64,000 nucleotides of DNA, taken from the NCBI GenBank assembly GCA_010405405.1, contig MU004230.1:3893119-3957118 (forward strand), read 5' to 3'. Source of the DNA: Microthyrium microscopicum. Taxonomy: Eukaryota. The notes beneath the pieces were generated by a model. The model made no database searches. It had not been told where the DNA came from and saw only the letters and a list, made by a program, of their open reading frames with translations. Positions 27,879 through 41,107 of this stretch are shown here, one piece after another (the first letter of the stretch is position 1; every line of letters begins with the position of its first letter). A program made the translations under genes and the position numbers.

Positions 27879-28927
27879 TTACACATTATTTGAACTAGGC
27901 TCCCGCTCCTGGTTGGGTGATTCCGAATTCGATGGCTTCACGCCATCGCTGTGTTTTGCTGGATCAAACACATACATGGGAAACTCCAGGAATATGGTCC
28001 TCTTCATTATCGTTGGCAGCTTGGCATAAATCTGAGGTGGAAAAGGGATAAGAATGCTGGTTCGTCGCAAGTATTCTTGATACTCGGGCCACTTTTGTCC
28101 CTTTTCATACCTCTTCTTCGCTGCTGGACGTTCTTGTAAAGTCAAGCCTGAGACGAACATCAGAAGGATGGTAAGCAAAAATGGACCTAGAATGGAAGAG
28201 TATAGCGCCGCATATGCACCGCCCTTGGTATAGCCGTCCGCAGCTGGAGTAACAGCAATCATGAAAATAGCTATCGCACATATTAGCAGATATCTCTCAT
28301 CTTTTGGACATGGCACTTACAAAACTGTATCAAGATCTCTCCAAAGTAATTAGGATGCCTCGTCCACTTGAAGAAACCCACATCACAAATACTCCCATCT
28401 CTCCCATGCTTACTCCTAAACCGATACTTCTGCGCATCACTAACCGCCTCCATCGTCAATCCAATAACATACAACACCACACCCGCAATATCCCTCCCCG
28501 TGCCAAACCTCGGCTGCCCATACCGCGTAACAGCCGGACTATTCAGCAACGTCACCGGCAGACTAACCGTCCATACCCAAACCATCTGAAAGACCCAGAA
28601 TCCCAGAAACTTGAAGAACTTCTCACGCATATCGTCGAACCGATCATCCTTCCCCGTTTTTATGATGCGGAATAGGAGGAATCCTGAGAGCCGGGCGGCC
28701 CATGTTATGAGGAAGAGGGAACACACGATATTGCGCGCATTATCGCGGGCGGCGGACAGAGAGAGGGTGAGGATGGAGAGAAGGATAAAGTTTGTGCCGC
28801 CGGCAAAGTCGGTGAGTTTGTCGAATTTTAGGGTGAATGCGATGGCGAAGAAGAGGAGTTGGTAGGCTATTGTTATTATGGCGGTTATGGAGAGGTAGTA
28901 GCGGTCGAGGACTTGGGCGCCCTTCAT
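27879..28927 (-). CDS. DUF1295 / steroid 5-alpha-reductase-like membrane protein
   Basis: Multiple TM segments; D.RFD, ADAQK-like and RHPNYFGE motifs. Intron 28320-28271. Confidence 0.88.
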
Positions 28928-30235
28928 GGTTGCGATGGGGGTAGTTTGTTTACTACGAGTACGATGCTCAGGGGTTTGTCATTTGATGTACGATTGTCGT
29001 GGGGACTTTGGTGAAGATGTATCTAAGGAGATGAAGTTGAAGTTGAGGCAGGGAGTTGTATTTCAGCCACCAGATGAGTATGAATCATTGTAAGGCCTGC
29101 AGCATCCGCGTGGGACACCATCGTTTAGTTAGCATCGGTGGGCTTTTGGCAGGGTCTGTAACGGTGGTTTGGCGGGTAAAATTGGAGAGATTATTGGAGT
29201 CGTTGACATCACCACTAACATTTCATACAGTGGACAGGGATACAGCTTGGACGAGATGCAGGATCTGAATGTGGTGCGTCCATGCGAGCCAAGAGCCTCA
29301 ACTCTACGACTAACTACAAGCAAACTTGATCGAGTATCCAACTTTGCTCAATTGCTGCATCTTCAGAGTTTAAAAGAGCAGGGGATCGGAGAGTCGGGGC
29401 AGCAACAGTTATCCATGGATGAGAGTTTTCGAAGCCATTAAAGCACACGTTTTGGCCTTGCAGCTGATGATCTACAGCCACGCGACAATATCTAACTTCC
29501 ATCAAGGAGCAACGCGATCTGAGAGATGAGCAAACCATGGATTTCCTCCTTCCATTCAAAGTGGTGAATCTCGCGTTGGGCTCCTTTGAAATCATCTTAT
29601 CAATTATTCTTTCACCATGTGTCCTGGAGCACTCGGAACTATTGCCCGCACGCAGCGTTACCAAAACATTTTGAAACTCCAACGATTCAATACCCGTCAC
29701 ATCAAGTGGACGGACTGTTCGCCATGATACAACTTATCACCGGCCCCTCCAAATCCGCCTACAGTGTTTCTCTTGCATAGCCATATACCGCCATTCCTAT
29801 GGCCCCATTCACATCTGTTGACTGCATTGTTTCCCGCATAAGGGCCAAGATTTGATACTTCAACCTTTGCCTCTCAGTGTTAGCATGGAATTCTCACTGT
29901 CTCTTGATACTTACTCAACTTATAGGCAAGTTAGGCCTGTGAGCCTGCTACGGCGCCCTATCCGGAGCCTCGATCGTTTTGGACACGATCTTGGCTTGAA
30001 AGTATGGAGTAATTGTTTCTCTGTCTAGATTTTCTGAAGTGATTGCCTTTGCCTCCCGCGTTCGCCCTTTCTTTCGCCCTCTCTAACCTTGGCTTCGTTA
30101 CTGCACCGCTAGTAGCCATACTCGTTTACGACAATAATGATGAATGAATGATCGATATACCAACACCTCTATCACAACACTTACCTTCTATCGAGCAGGT
30201 CTCACTCTTTTGCGTCTAGAGGACGCGACCACTTC

Positions 30236-32275
30236 ATGATGGCGAGAATATCACTTGTCTTCTACCTTTTAATTGTAGGCTTGGCCTACTTGGCGACAGC
30301 AAATGCGAGTGAAAATGTCTTGGAGAAAAGATTACTCGCGGATCCGACGTTGATGGCGATGGCGAAGTGAGTATCTATAAGATGAGTTATTTACCAATGA
30401 CTGACTGAATATGCAAGACCAATACAAACGTTTGCCATGGGTATCAAGCAAATCACCCTTTCTGCTCCGGCACCAGCGGTCTCAATGTCAGCGGCTCCAA
30501 TGGGTCAAGCTCCAAAACCGCAGGCAAGCTCACTGGCACCGCAAGCATCAGCACCAGCACCAGCACCGCAGGCTTCAACTCCAGCACCGCAAGCATCACT
30601 ACCACCAGCACCACCACAAGCCCCGGCTCCAGGACCGCAAGCGCCGTCCCCAACACAGCAACCTCAAGGACAAAGTCCTCAGAGTCCTCAGCAACCAGCA
30701 CCTCAAGGCTCCTCTTTGAGACCACAAGCAGCACCAAGCCCGCAGTTACAGCCGCAACCGCAACCTCAAGCGCAGTCATCCGCAAATATTCCGATCTTCC
30801 TTGGCTCACAGATCAAGGCTCGTGTTATGAACCAAGAAGAATCCGAGATCCGTGCGACGAACTCCACTGGAAGTGAAGGAGCAAGCAAACGAGAATCCGG
30901 GCAGGCTGGTATGGACCAAGGGGAATCCGGTCAAGAGCCAGCGGGGAAAGCAGAGTCGGGCAAGGCAGAAGCCTCCAAGCCAGAAGCTGCCAAAGGAGAA
31001 GCTAGTAAGCAAGAGGCTGCTAAAGCTCAATCAACAAATGAGAAGGCTCAAGCAGCAACTCTCGCTGCTCCATCTCCAGCCGCAGCTCCAGGCAGACCCT
31101 CAAAAGTCGCTGGTATCAAAGTTAACACTGCCGCTCCAGGACCGAATGCTCAAGCTGCTCAAACTTTCAAACTGATCACACCGCAAGCAGCAGCCTCACT
31201 AACAGCAGGCGGTCTCGCCGCCGGCCAAGCTCCAGCAGCCAAACCTTCCGCCATCGCCATCAATGTTGGTGGTCAACGAGCTGCAGCACCAGGCGCACCC
31301 GCGGCACCAGGCGCACCAGCACCTCAAGTCCCCAACGCCAACCCATCCGGCAACGCTCGCGCAACCATCACCGTCAACGCACCCAACGCTGGTGCTACCC
31401 AGGCTGCTCAAGGCCAACCAGCTGCCGCACCACCAGCACCAGGCCAAAACCCCAATGGCGGGCTCGCCAACCCAGCTGCCCCTGCCCCCGCCGGCGCAAA
31501 ATCAATCGTCTCCATCAATCCCGCCGGCGCGCCTGGTGCCAACGGTGGAAATGGAGCAAATGGCGCAGCACCCACACCCGCCCCCGCAAATCCAAACGGC
31601 GGCCTCGTCAACGCCGGTCCCGCACCCGCCGCGGGCCCAAAGTCAGTCATCTCCGTCAACGTCGCCGGACAACCAGGCGCACAAGGAGCAGCAGCCACTG
31701 CCCGTCCTGGCTCCGCACCAGGCGCCCAGCAAAACCAAGGCGGCATTCTCGTCGGCCCAGGCCCCGTCCCCGCCGCCTCGATCGTAACCGTCCGCCCCAA
31801 CGCATCCGGCGCCCCAGTCTCTCCAAACCCAGCAGCCAACGGTGGAAACGGAGCTGCTGCCGCAAACCCAAACCTGCCCCAAGGACTGGCTGGCGCACAG
31901 GGCGCAAATGCTTGTACATGTAACTGTGCCTGTCCAGCCGGATCTTTCTTGATGGGCCAAATGCCAGCTGTCGGCGCTATGCCTCCTCCACCACCTCCTC
32001 CTCCTCCAGCCGCAGCACAAGTTCAAGCGCCGTCGACGTTGTTGCCCGTTGCGAGTCCTTTGGCGGTCATGTTGCCGCCTCCACAGGTAAATGGGGGTGC
32101 GTCAGCTGTAGCAATTGCCCCCGCAGGTGCTCCTGCGGGTGCTGCGCCTACGCCGGCACCACTTGCGCCTACAGCGGCGGGAGTAGCGCCAGTGGGTGGA
32201 GCGGCGCCGATGTTGACGGTGGGTGGAAGTATTGTTGCGTTGCAGAGCGCGGTTACGCAGCCATTGTTGAGATAG
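30236..32275 (+). CDS. Secreted Pro/Ala/Gly-rich low-complexity protein (~662 aa)
   Basis: Exon 30236-30366 encodes a signal peptide (MMARISLVFYLLIVGLAYLATANA) and an LEKR Kex2 site. Intron 30367-30417 joins it in frame to the 612-aa ORF. Confidence 0.82.
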
Positions 32276-32504
32276 GAAAGGAAAATTGAGAAAATTATGT
32301 GTATATCTATTGAAATTGGAGTTCAGCTTTAGGCTTCTTAGGGAAATGAAATGAAACTTTATCTTGTATGTACGAGAGTGTTGGCAGAAATTCATATCGT
32401 TCGTTCTAGATCTGTACCTGCACGCGATATGCTGCCGTGGCTGCCTGAGGAGGTTTGTGTGTATAAGTATCGTGTATTGGGGTATCATAGTGGTTTATGG
32501 AATC

Positions 32505-33658
32505 TCAAGTTCCTGTCATGTCGACCTCTTCGCTTCCTGTTTCGACAATAGGTATATCTGTGTCATGGCCAGTATCCCCATTAGAACCAGGAGCAGTATC
32601 CTCATCACCCAAAGCTTCTGTGATCGCAACCTCTTCGACACCTTTGCTCTTCTTCCCATCCGCTCCAGCAGCCCTTCCTTCCTTCTTCCTGGCCTGCCAG
32701 GCCAAATTCTTCATCTGCTTCTTCGTCAACGGCGCCTCCCCATCCTCTAGCATACTTTCGGCCTGCCTCTTCCTGGCCACTTCCTTCTTCTTCGACGCTT
32801 CAGTCTCCACCTCCACGGGCTTATTACCCCCATCAATCACATCCACCGCACCCCTATACCCCCTTCTCCTCAAAGTAGCAGCAGCAACAACCCCCCTCGC
32901 CACCTCCCCCACAGCCTCATGCCCCAACTCCTGCTTCAGCCCCCACATAATCGCCATATTCACCACATCTCTCGGTCCCCTACAACCCAACGCACTTTTC
33001 GCCTCACTACTAATCAGCAACCCCTTTCCCCTCGTCGACCTCACAATCTCTGATGCGTTTTGGAAGAGTGCGCGCTTAGCTCCACTATCATTCCCACCAC
33101 CCCCAGACGTCGCATGAGCATAGCATATCTCAATCTTGGAACCTCGTTCCAGGACCAGCGAGAACGTTTTCGGCCGAAAGTGGCTGGGAAAGCGCATGGA
33201 GAGATCGAGGGATAGAATGTCGTATTCGAGGGTGCTTGATGCGCAGATGTGGGAGAGCGTCTTTTCGTCTAGGGGGCGTAGGGCGAGGATGTCAAAGTGG
33301 GGACGGATTGTGTCGAGACGGGGCATTTCGGCGACGTTGGAGACGGGGAGGGTGCCGCGGGTTAGAAGGCGGGTGTTTGGGGGAATGGGGAAGGGGAGGG
33401 GGAGTGTTATGGGCGATTTCTGGTGGGGTTGTTAGTGGTGAGTTTGGTAAGGGTGGTTTGGTTGGCTGGAGAGCATACGTAGTTTGGGGTGAGCTTGGCT
33501 GGGAGGATGTGGGAGAGTGCGATGACATTGTAGCCGACTGGTGATGTTAGTTGATATCGTGGATGGGTGGAGTGAAACCTACGTTCGGCGAGAAATGCGA
33601 TGCGCTGTCTTAGTTCGGCATTGTTGGTGGTCCAGGGGACGTTCAGATCGTAGAACAT
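32505..33658 (-). CDS. RPP1: RNase P/MRP subunit p30
   Basis: MFYDLNVPW, LGYNVIAL, DILALRP..EK, YDILSLD, EICY and LISSEA...RGPRDVVN. Introns 33582-33538 and 33478-33420. Confidence 0.92.
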
Positions 33659-34454
33659 TATGAATTATAAAGGGTTGACGAGGCTTTACGGCGTTTCGAA
33701 CTATACATTTCTGAATGTTGGTGGTATGTCTCCGTAAGTTCGTAGGAGTTTCGGTCGTGATGTTTGGACTGTCACCACGGGACCGTAAAATTGATAGTTG
33801 GCCAATTCGACTTATCGGGTCCTTTCAGCCAAGCTCTTTATGTAACTTCTCATCCCTTGAATCTGTTCCAATGTCTTTCATTTGCGCAATAATGAAATCA
33901 TGAAAAGAATCATCAACGGCGCAGTCGCGATAAATTTCTTGATAGCTCGATGTCAAGCAGCCTCAAGCTGGACCCCTGTCGATTTCTGCCCCAGAGTCAA
34001 GGCGCCACTTCTTGATGCCTTATTCCCTATCTGCTTAGAAGAGAAGGTGCATACAAGCCCGCTCCTTCCTTTCTCGCACCACATCCACATCTGGAAAGAG
34101 AAGCAGCTGCAACATCCCATCCACACAGTAGCTCGCAGTAGTCAAGAGGCCTACTCCAAGCCCGACCACCGACAACACTTCCACGAACACTCCAATCCTC
34201 CATCTGTATCACTACCACCTCGATTTCTCCATCTCCCTCACAGCCCACCTCACCCCTCAACTCAACTCCCAGCTGTCGAGCCCCTCATTTCCTCCCATCC
34301 TCCCACCTCTTCAAATCTCCCAACAGCTGCCTTAGACTCTCCTTTTGGCAAACTCCTACCCGACGAGCGCGAAAACCTACCTCTTGAATATCTCGACTAT
34401 TCCCTCTTTTCCTGGTCGCTGTCGGGTCCTGACGACTCTTGGAGTCCTCGCAGC

Positions 34455-35660
34455 ATGGCGCGAGTCTATGCAGATGTCAACGCCAACATGCCCCGTTCCT
34501 ATTGGGACTATGATAGCGTAAATATCGCTTGGGGTGCATTAGAAAATTACGAAGTGGTGCGAAAAATCGGTACGTCCGCAATCATAGCGATATCCTAGGC
34601 CGATACCAGAACATGTGCTGACAACGAGGATAGGCCGGGGAAAGTACTCTGAAGTCTTTGAAGGCATTAATATTGTCAACTATCAAAAATGTGTCATCAA
34701 GGTGCTGAAGCCAGTCAAGAAAAAGAAGATAAAGCGCGAGATCAAGATCCTCCAGAACTTGGCTGGTGGTCCAAATATCGTCGCACTACTTGATGTGGTT
34801 CGAGACAATCAAGTATGTTGTCGCCTCATATATACCCAATTATCACTAACTAGTTCAGAGTAAAACTCCCTCCCTAATATTCGAGTATGTCAACAACACC
34901 GACTTTCGCACCCTATATCCAAAATTCACAGACTATGATGTCCGATTTTACATCTACGAACTTCTCAAGGTCAGTCCGTTTCTAGATTCACAAGTATACA
35001 ACTAACATAAACAGGCGCTCGACTTCTGTCACAGCAAAGGCATTATGCACCGCGACGTAAAACCTCATAACGTTATGATCGATCATGAGAAACGTCAACT
35101 GCGCCTAATCGATTGGGGTCTCGCAGAGTTCTATCATGCTGGGACAGAGTACAACGTGAGGGTGGCTTCAAGATACTTCAAGGGTCCAGAGCTTTTGGTC
35201 GATTTCCAGGAGTACGACTATTCTCTCGACATGTGGTCTCTTGGAGCCATGTTTGCATCCATGATATTCCGCAAAGAACCATTCTTCCACGGCAACAGTA
35301 ATTCAGACCAGCTGGTGAAGATTGCTAAAGTCCTCGGCACCGAAGATCTGTTTGACTACCTGGACAAGTACGATATTGAACTCGACCCTCAATACGATGA
35401 TATTCTAGGTCGATTTCCCAAGAAGCCTTGGCACAGCTTTGTGACTGCCGACAATCAACGCTTTGTTAGCAATGATGCGATTGACTTTCTAGACAAACTG
35501 TTACGATATGACCACATGGTATGTGAAAATCTACAATTCAAATATCAATCAATTAACGGTTTTGTAGGAACGACTAACCGCCAAAGAGGCCATAGACCAT
35601 CCATACTTCTCTCCAGTTCGGCAAGCAGCTTCAGCATCAGTAGAGAATCATGCGGCATGA
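34455..35660 (+). CDS. CKA1: Casein kinase II catalytic (alpha) subunit
   Basis: [43 protein letters not shown] and [11 protein letters not shown]. Exons 34455-34569, 34634-34812, 34859-34969, 35015-35518, 35568-35660. Confidence 0.97.
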
Positions 35661-36168
35661 AGCAAATGTGGACGTTACCCCTTTCCTAATTCATGTGAGA
35701 ACATAACCTCTCCGCTCCAGAGCATGGCGTATTGGTACGAAATAGCCTTGGACAGCGGTTTGCAGCCATGACAGGGTGATGCGGATCAGCATGAATAATG
35801 TAGTTTACGGCACGGCATATGCGATTAATGATGTGCACACACGTAGCATTAGCTACAAATCCAAATAATTCGATTTATGTCTGAAGAAAGGTCTTGTTAT
35901 AAAAGTAATTGTCTTGGGAGTCAAAAGCATAAATGGTCCGAATATCCGATCGATAGGGCCAGGCACGGACCGACGCAACCTTACCTAAATGTCCAGCTGG
36001 AGCTTTGTTCTCGAAAGTTGACGCAGCTCTTTACAAACCAAACAAGCTGCATACATCTTGCAAACTCTTCCAAATTCTGAAATGGTTACCATCTAGAGAT
36101 TATTCTAATCGCGACGTACCCCCTCTGACTCTCCCGGCCTCGCCGGTTGAGCGTATCCAACAACCGCC

Positions 36169-37474
36169 ATGTGGCGAGATCGCACCAACCTGTCCGTTGC
36201 ACCCTCAATAAGATCCACCCCTTACCAGCTAACATTTCTCCAAAGATTCATATCCTACCGCCAATCCTACGCACACCACCCCTCCAAGAAACCACGCTTC
36301 GGGCCCTCCTCCTCGAATGGCTTCTCCGCCGATCCCCAACCCTCCGATGGCTTCTCCGACGAGCGCCGCGGGCTCATGTCCGCCGGCGCGTACGAAGACG
36401 ATGGTGACGTTGTTATCGAAATGGACTTACTCCCTCCGCGCTGGCTCGACGTACAAGATGAAGTGAACGAAGCGCTTGCGCAAATAACTGTCGAGACAAG
36501 AAAGCTGGAACAACTACACAGCAAACACATCTTACCGGGCTTTGAGGACGAGGATGTTAAGAAACGGGAGGAATGGGAAATCGAGCGACTGACGCAGTTG
36601 ATCACGAAGAAGTTTCAGCAGTGTCAAAGGGCGATTAAGAGGATTGATGCGTTGGTTAGTGAGGCGCGGGCGCATGGGGGTGTGCAGAAGGGGGAGGAGA
36701 CTATGGCGACGAATTTGAAGATTAGTTTGGCCACGAAGGTGGGGGATATTAGTACGGCGTTTCGGAAGAAACAGTCTACGTATCTACGGAGTAAGGATTT
36801 CTCGTTTGGGTGGGTGTTATGGGAGGCTAATCAGATTTACAGAGTTGCGGACGATGGGTGGCCTTTCATCGCCTGTGCCGGGAACTTCTTCGCCGGTGCG
36901 AAATTCGTATACTGATCCTTCTCTTATGGACTCGGAAGCAGATCGATCTTTTTCACAAAGCACACTTCAGCAAACTCAACAGCAGCGAATGCTACTTCAC
37001 GATAATGATACCGTAATTGCCCAACGCGAGCGCGAGATTGAAGATATTGCGCAGGGTATTATTGAACTGGCGAATATATTCCAAGAACTAAATACCATGG
37101 TCATCGATCAAGGCAGCATGCTCGACCGAATTGACTACAACGTGGAACGAATGGCGACAGACATGAAAGAGGCGGACAGAGAATTGACAGTTGCGACTGG
37201 ATATCAGCGACGATCCATCAAGCGCAAAATAATGCTTCTTCTAATAATCGTCATATTTGGAGTATTCATATTACTGGGCATAAAATTCGGCAGGTCGTCT
37301 TCATCACCAGCGCCTGCGCCAGCACCAGCCATCCCAGAACCAGACAGTGGGCCTCCTACTCTGTCCAAGATGATGAAGAGGTCGTCTTATTCCAAGGCTA
37401 TAGAACCTCCCTTCTTACTGAAAAGGGACTGGAGAAGACGAAGGAGGAGATGGGAGGTGCTGGAAAGTATTTGA
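36169..37474 (+). CDS. TLG2: Syntaxin-16/Tlg2 t-SNARE
   Basis: N-peptide MWRDRTNLF, LPPRW, SNARE motif QREREIEDIA...DQGSMLDRIDYN and a C-terminal TM. Introns 36192-36245 and 36791-36842. Confidence 0.93.
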
Positions 37475-38267
37475 TCCTGCATGTGTAGGATATTTTGTAT
37501 TACTTATGACTCTAGAATTGGAAGCAATATTCTTGGAAAATATTATTTCAGACTAATGTCTCTTGATCTCTTTTCGACATGAGAATAAATGGCATATTTG
37601 AAGCAATGTCTCTTCACCCCTTCGTAATACTAACCTTCAAAGCTACCCTGTTAAACGGCTCCTTGAGTCGTTCTTTCAATAGACATGTACTCGTCAAAAA
37701 CAGCTTGTTACACAAATAGATATCTGCCAGATACAGCATCCCGTTACCCCTGATCGTAACACATCACTAACGTTCGTGCAGTTTTCGTCCAACCAACATC
37801 CTGCAAGGAACGACACCACTGAAATATCACCAGAACTAAAACGGCCCGCTGCCTACCTTTAATCTAACTAGTTGTCAATGGTGCTGCCTTGCCAGATAAC
37901 CTGTTGGTTGCAGGTATGGATGCAAGGCGGGTAATGGTGATATCGAAATCGATGAATCGCCTTGGTGTTTCTTGAGACAAGACTATTTGACTCCTTCCTC
38001 CAGATCACGATACTGGTCATGGGCAGCCACGCAGTTGGTCCAGAGTAGTAACGATACTCTAGTATATAACAGTCGTATCTCGCACACGGTCGTTACTGCT
38101 GCATTATTGGGACAGGTACGACTAGTCTGCTCCCGTAAGTTCGTGAAACGACCTCATGACACACACATGGCTAACTCGACTTTAGAAGAATCGATCTCCA
38201 CGATACAGTCCAACTCGTTGGCACGCCTTTTCCAGAAATTTCCGCTCGCTAGCCTGGACATGTCGCC

Positions 38268-40392
38268 ATGGCCACAATTCAATATCTCCCTCTCTGGAGC
38301 CTTTTCTTCCTTATGTCTATAGCAGCGGCGCAAACTACTCGAGACTGGTGCTTTACCTGGGACTCCTGCTTCCTGGCCATCAGCAATGCTAGATACCTTG
38401 AGATTGCGAAGACAGACTGCAGAACGTTTATGCAAGACAAGACAGTGACATCAATAATACCGACAGAGTGAGTCTACGGAGAATATCTTACTCCTAGCGT
38501 GTCTAACTGTATTAGAACAGCATTCACGACCGAGGTAGTCACAGTCTACATCCCCGTTAACACGATCGTGAATGGAAAACGGCAGATTGGATCTCCTACA
38601 ACTTCTGCGCCTACAGTTGCTCCTGCTCAGACTTCGTTGCCTTATTATGCGAGTGTGTGCTTGGGTACAGAGAGATTTGAGACTGCTTGTGAATGTATTG
38701 GTATCAATGCAGCGGCTACAAGTACTGTTTATACGGTTTGTGATTCCGACGGCGAAATGAGAGGTAGAGACTGATTTTGATCTAGAAAACCACGTTCAAA
38801 GAGTTGTCGCAGACTTTTGTATATGTCACTCATACGTCGACGAAGCCTGGATCTTCTTCTACTTTCTACACGGCCACTTCGTTGCCTGGAAATGGCTCAG
38901 TGCCTGTTGGAGGGAGTGGGACATCAGTGTTGTCGAGCTTAGTGACGGGAACAGGACAGAGCAGTAATACGCAGACCAGTAGCGGGCTTTCTACAAGCGA
39001 GAGTACACTTTCGATATCTACAGTCTTTAGTTCTACTTTATCAGCGGTGTCGACCAATTCTTCGTTAGCAAGTATTGAAACTGTCACTTCAACAACCGAA
39101 CAGATTCCCAGCTCCACAAGCCAGTCTTCACCATCATTGAGTTTGTCAACCTCAGCTTCAGGACCACCTATAGTCTCTTATAGCACCGGAGTTGGTTTCA
39201 ATTCGACGAGTCAATCTTTAGCAGGAACAGCAGCCTCCTCTCTGAGCACCGGCTATCCTATGCCATCGGAACAGTCAGATAGTAGCCAGATTCCGGGAAC
39301 TACATGTAGTTGCTGGACTACACAGCCTAGTTTGATCGTATCCTCTTCTCTGACCTCGAGTTTTGGAACATTCGCCGCTTCAGGGTCGAGTTCTGGAGCA
39401 TTCACCGCTTCAGAGTCGAGTTCTACAGAGGTGCCAAAATCATCAACTACCATGACCGAACTCTCAAACTCAACATCGATCACTGTGCAAACATACCCGA
39501 CAGGAACATCGGCAATTTCAAGCTCTACAGGTTCAGCACCAACCCTTCCGTCGGCTTCTTCAAGTGTAGCATCTTCGAGTTCAGCATCACCGCCAGACTC
39601 AACATCAACTTTACACAGCAGTTCTACTATCTCAAGCACCAGCAGCTCACCGACCACATCTTGCGTTTCCCAAGCCAACCAAGGAAAACCAGGTACGTAC
39701 TTTTCCCGATTCTGTGTACGCACTATCTGACTTTTGCAGGTTACTGGCCCGACTTCCCAGCTTCGTACAAGAGCTGCCCATTCGATCCAAACTCAGCCAA
39801 CACTAGACTTGTGTTCCGTGATGCGTACACAGGCGACGCTATAGGAGACGATAATGGCTATGCCGTTAGTCTTCCGAACAGCCCGCCTGATCTGTACTAC
39901 ACCTTCAGTAAACCTCCGAATGCGCCATGCGGGTAAGTCAAGCTTCCTGCCAAAAGATCTTGACCCATGATGAACGCTAATATTTGACAGAACCTATGAT
40001 CTTGTATTACACCGTGGTTCAAACAGTCCACAATATCTAGCTGTGACTTCATCGGGTCTTGTTGTCTTTATGCCCAATAGCTCCAATGGGCAGTCAATCA
40101 GTGGTGACCCAGGCGAATTCGTCACTACGTAAGTTGTCTCCATTTCCTCAACCCACCAGCACTAAACCACTAACGCAAGTCCAGCATCTTCACACTAACC
40201 TGCGCCGGCCAGCTCCAAGCTGGTATAGTCGGCGGCCTAGCATTCAACTTCTACATCGACCCCAACACCGGCATGTTGAACGCAGCAACTCAACCAGCCA
40301 ACAATCAAAACACCCAACAAGCACGCTCACTAAACAGCGTAAACATGCGCATAGTCCAGCTCGTGGCCAGCCCAGCCAGCGCGGAGAATTAA
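38268..40392 (+). CDS. Secreted Ser/Thr-rich (mucin-like) protein with Cys-containing N-terminal domain and globular C-terminal domain
   Basis: Signal peptide; exons 38268-38467, 38516-38735, 38786-39692, 39740-39932, 39991-40128, 40185-40392 join in frame with canonical sites; ~290-aa S/T stalk. Confidence 0.78.
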
Positions 40393-41107
40393 CAGCCAAT
40401 AGTAATTTTCCTAACGGGCCGCGAATCCCACGTATCGCATCAGTTTAGTGCAGGGCCGTCTGAGTGCGGCTCAAGAGAAAAGGGGCTAGGTGATTTATCT
40501 GAGGGGATGGTTTGAGGTTTGTACTATTGGTGTGGATATAGATTATATCATTATGGGCGAATGTGATATGAATTGCAAGAAACGTCACCTCCGTGTCTTT
40601 ACAGTGCCTTACGTGTGCAATTATTTGAGCTGCGATATGACTTCATCTGTTGGGAGCTATCACAATTTGCCCTGTGAGATGTATTTGTAGGGAAATTGTG
40701 ATCTGGAATTGTAGATGGTGTGAACGCTTGCGCTGTCATGAGAGTATGATGTGGTTTGCGATGGAATTTCCGATGGTGAAGAGATTGCTGGGAGAGAATG
40801 ATATCACGAAGATCTGTTGTTGGTTGTAAAATCTTGGAGTATTCAGGGATCAAGAAATTGTGAGTTTTTACGACTGGTATGGAATTTTTTAGATTTCTCC
40901 AGTTTTCCTTTTCGTCAATGAGTCCATAGCTCTTTTGAGGGCTTTGACCTGATTGTGATTGGCACTGATGGCCTGCTAATTGATACAGTATAGACACATG
41001 ATTTGGCATGGTATGGTACAAGGAATTACTGTGCATTAAGTGCAAAGTGATAATTCACAGGGCTCCTGGGAGCATGTAATAGCCGTCGTTGTTATAGGTT
41101 GAACTTG

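Noticed and set aside
32497..33117. 206-aa antisense ORF over RPP1, and similar ones over SNT2 and the repeat genes
   Set aside because: Shadow ORFs explained by codon and compositional bias of the real gene.
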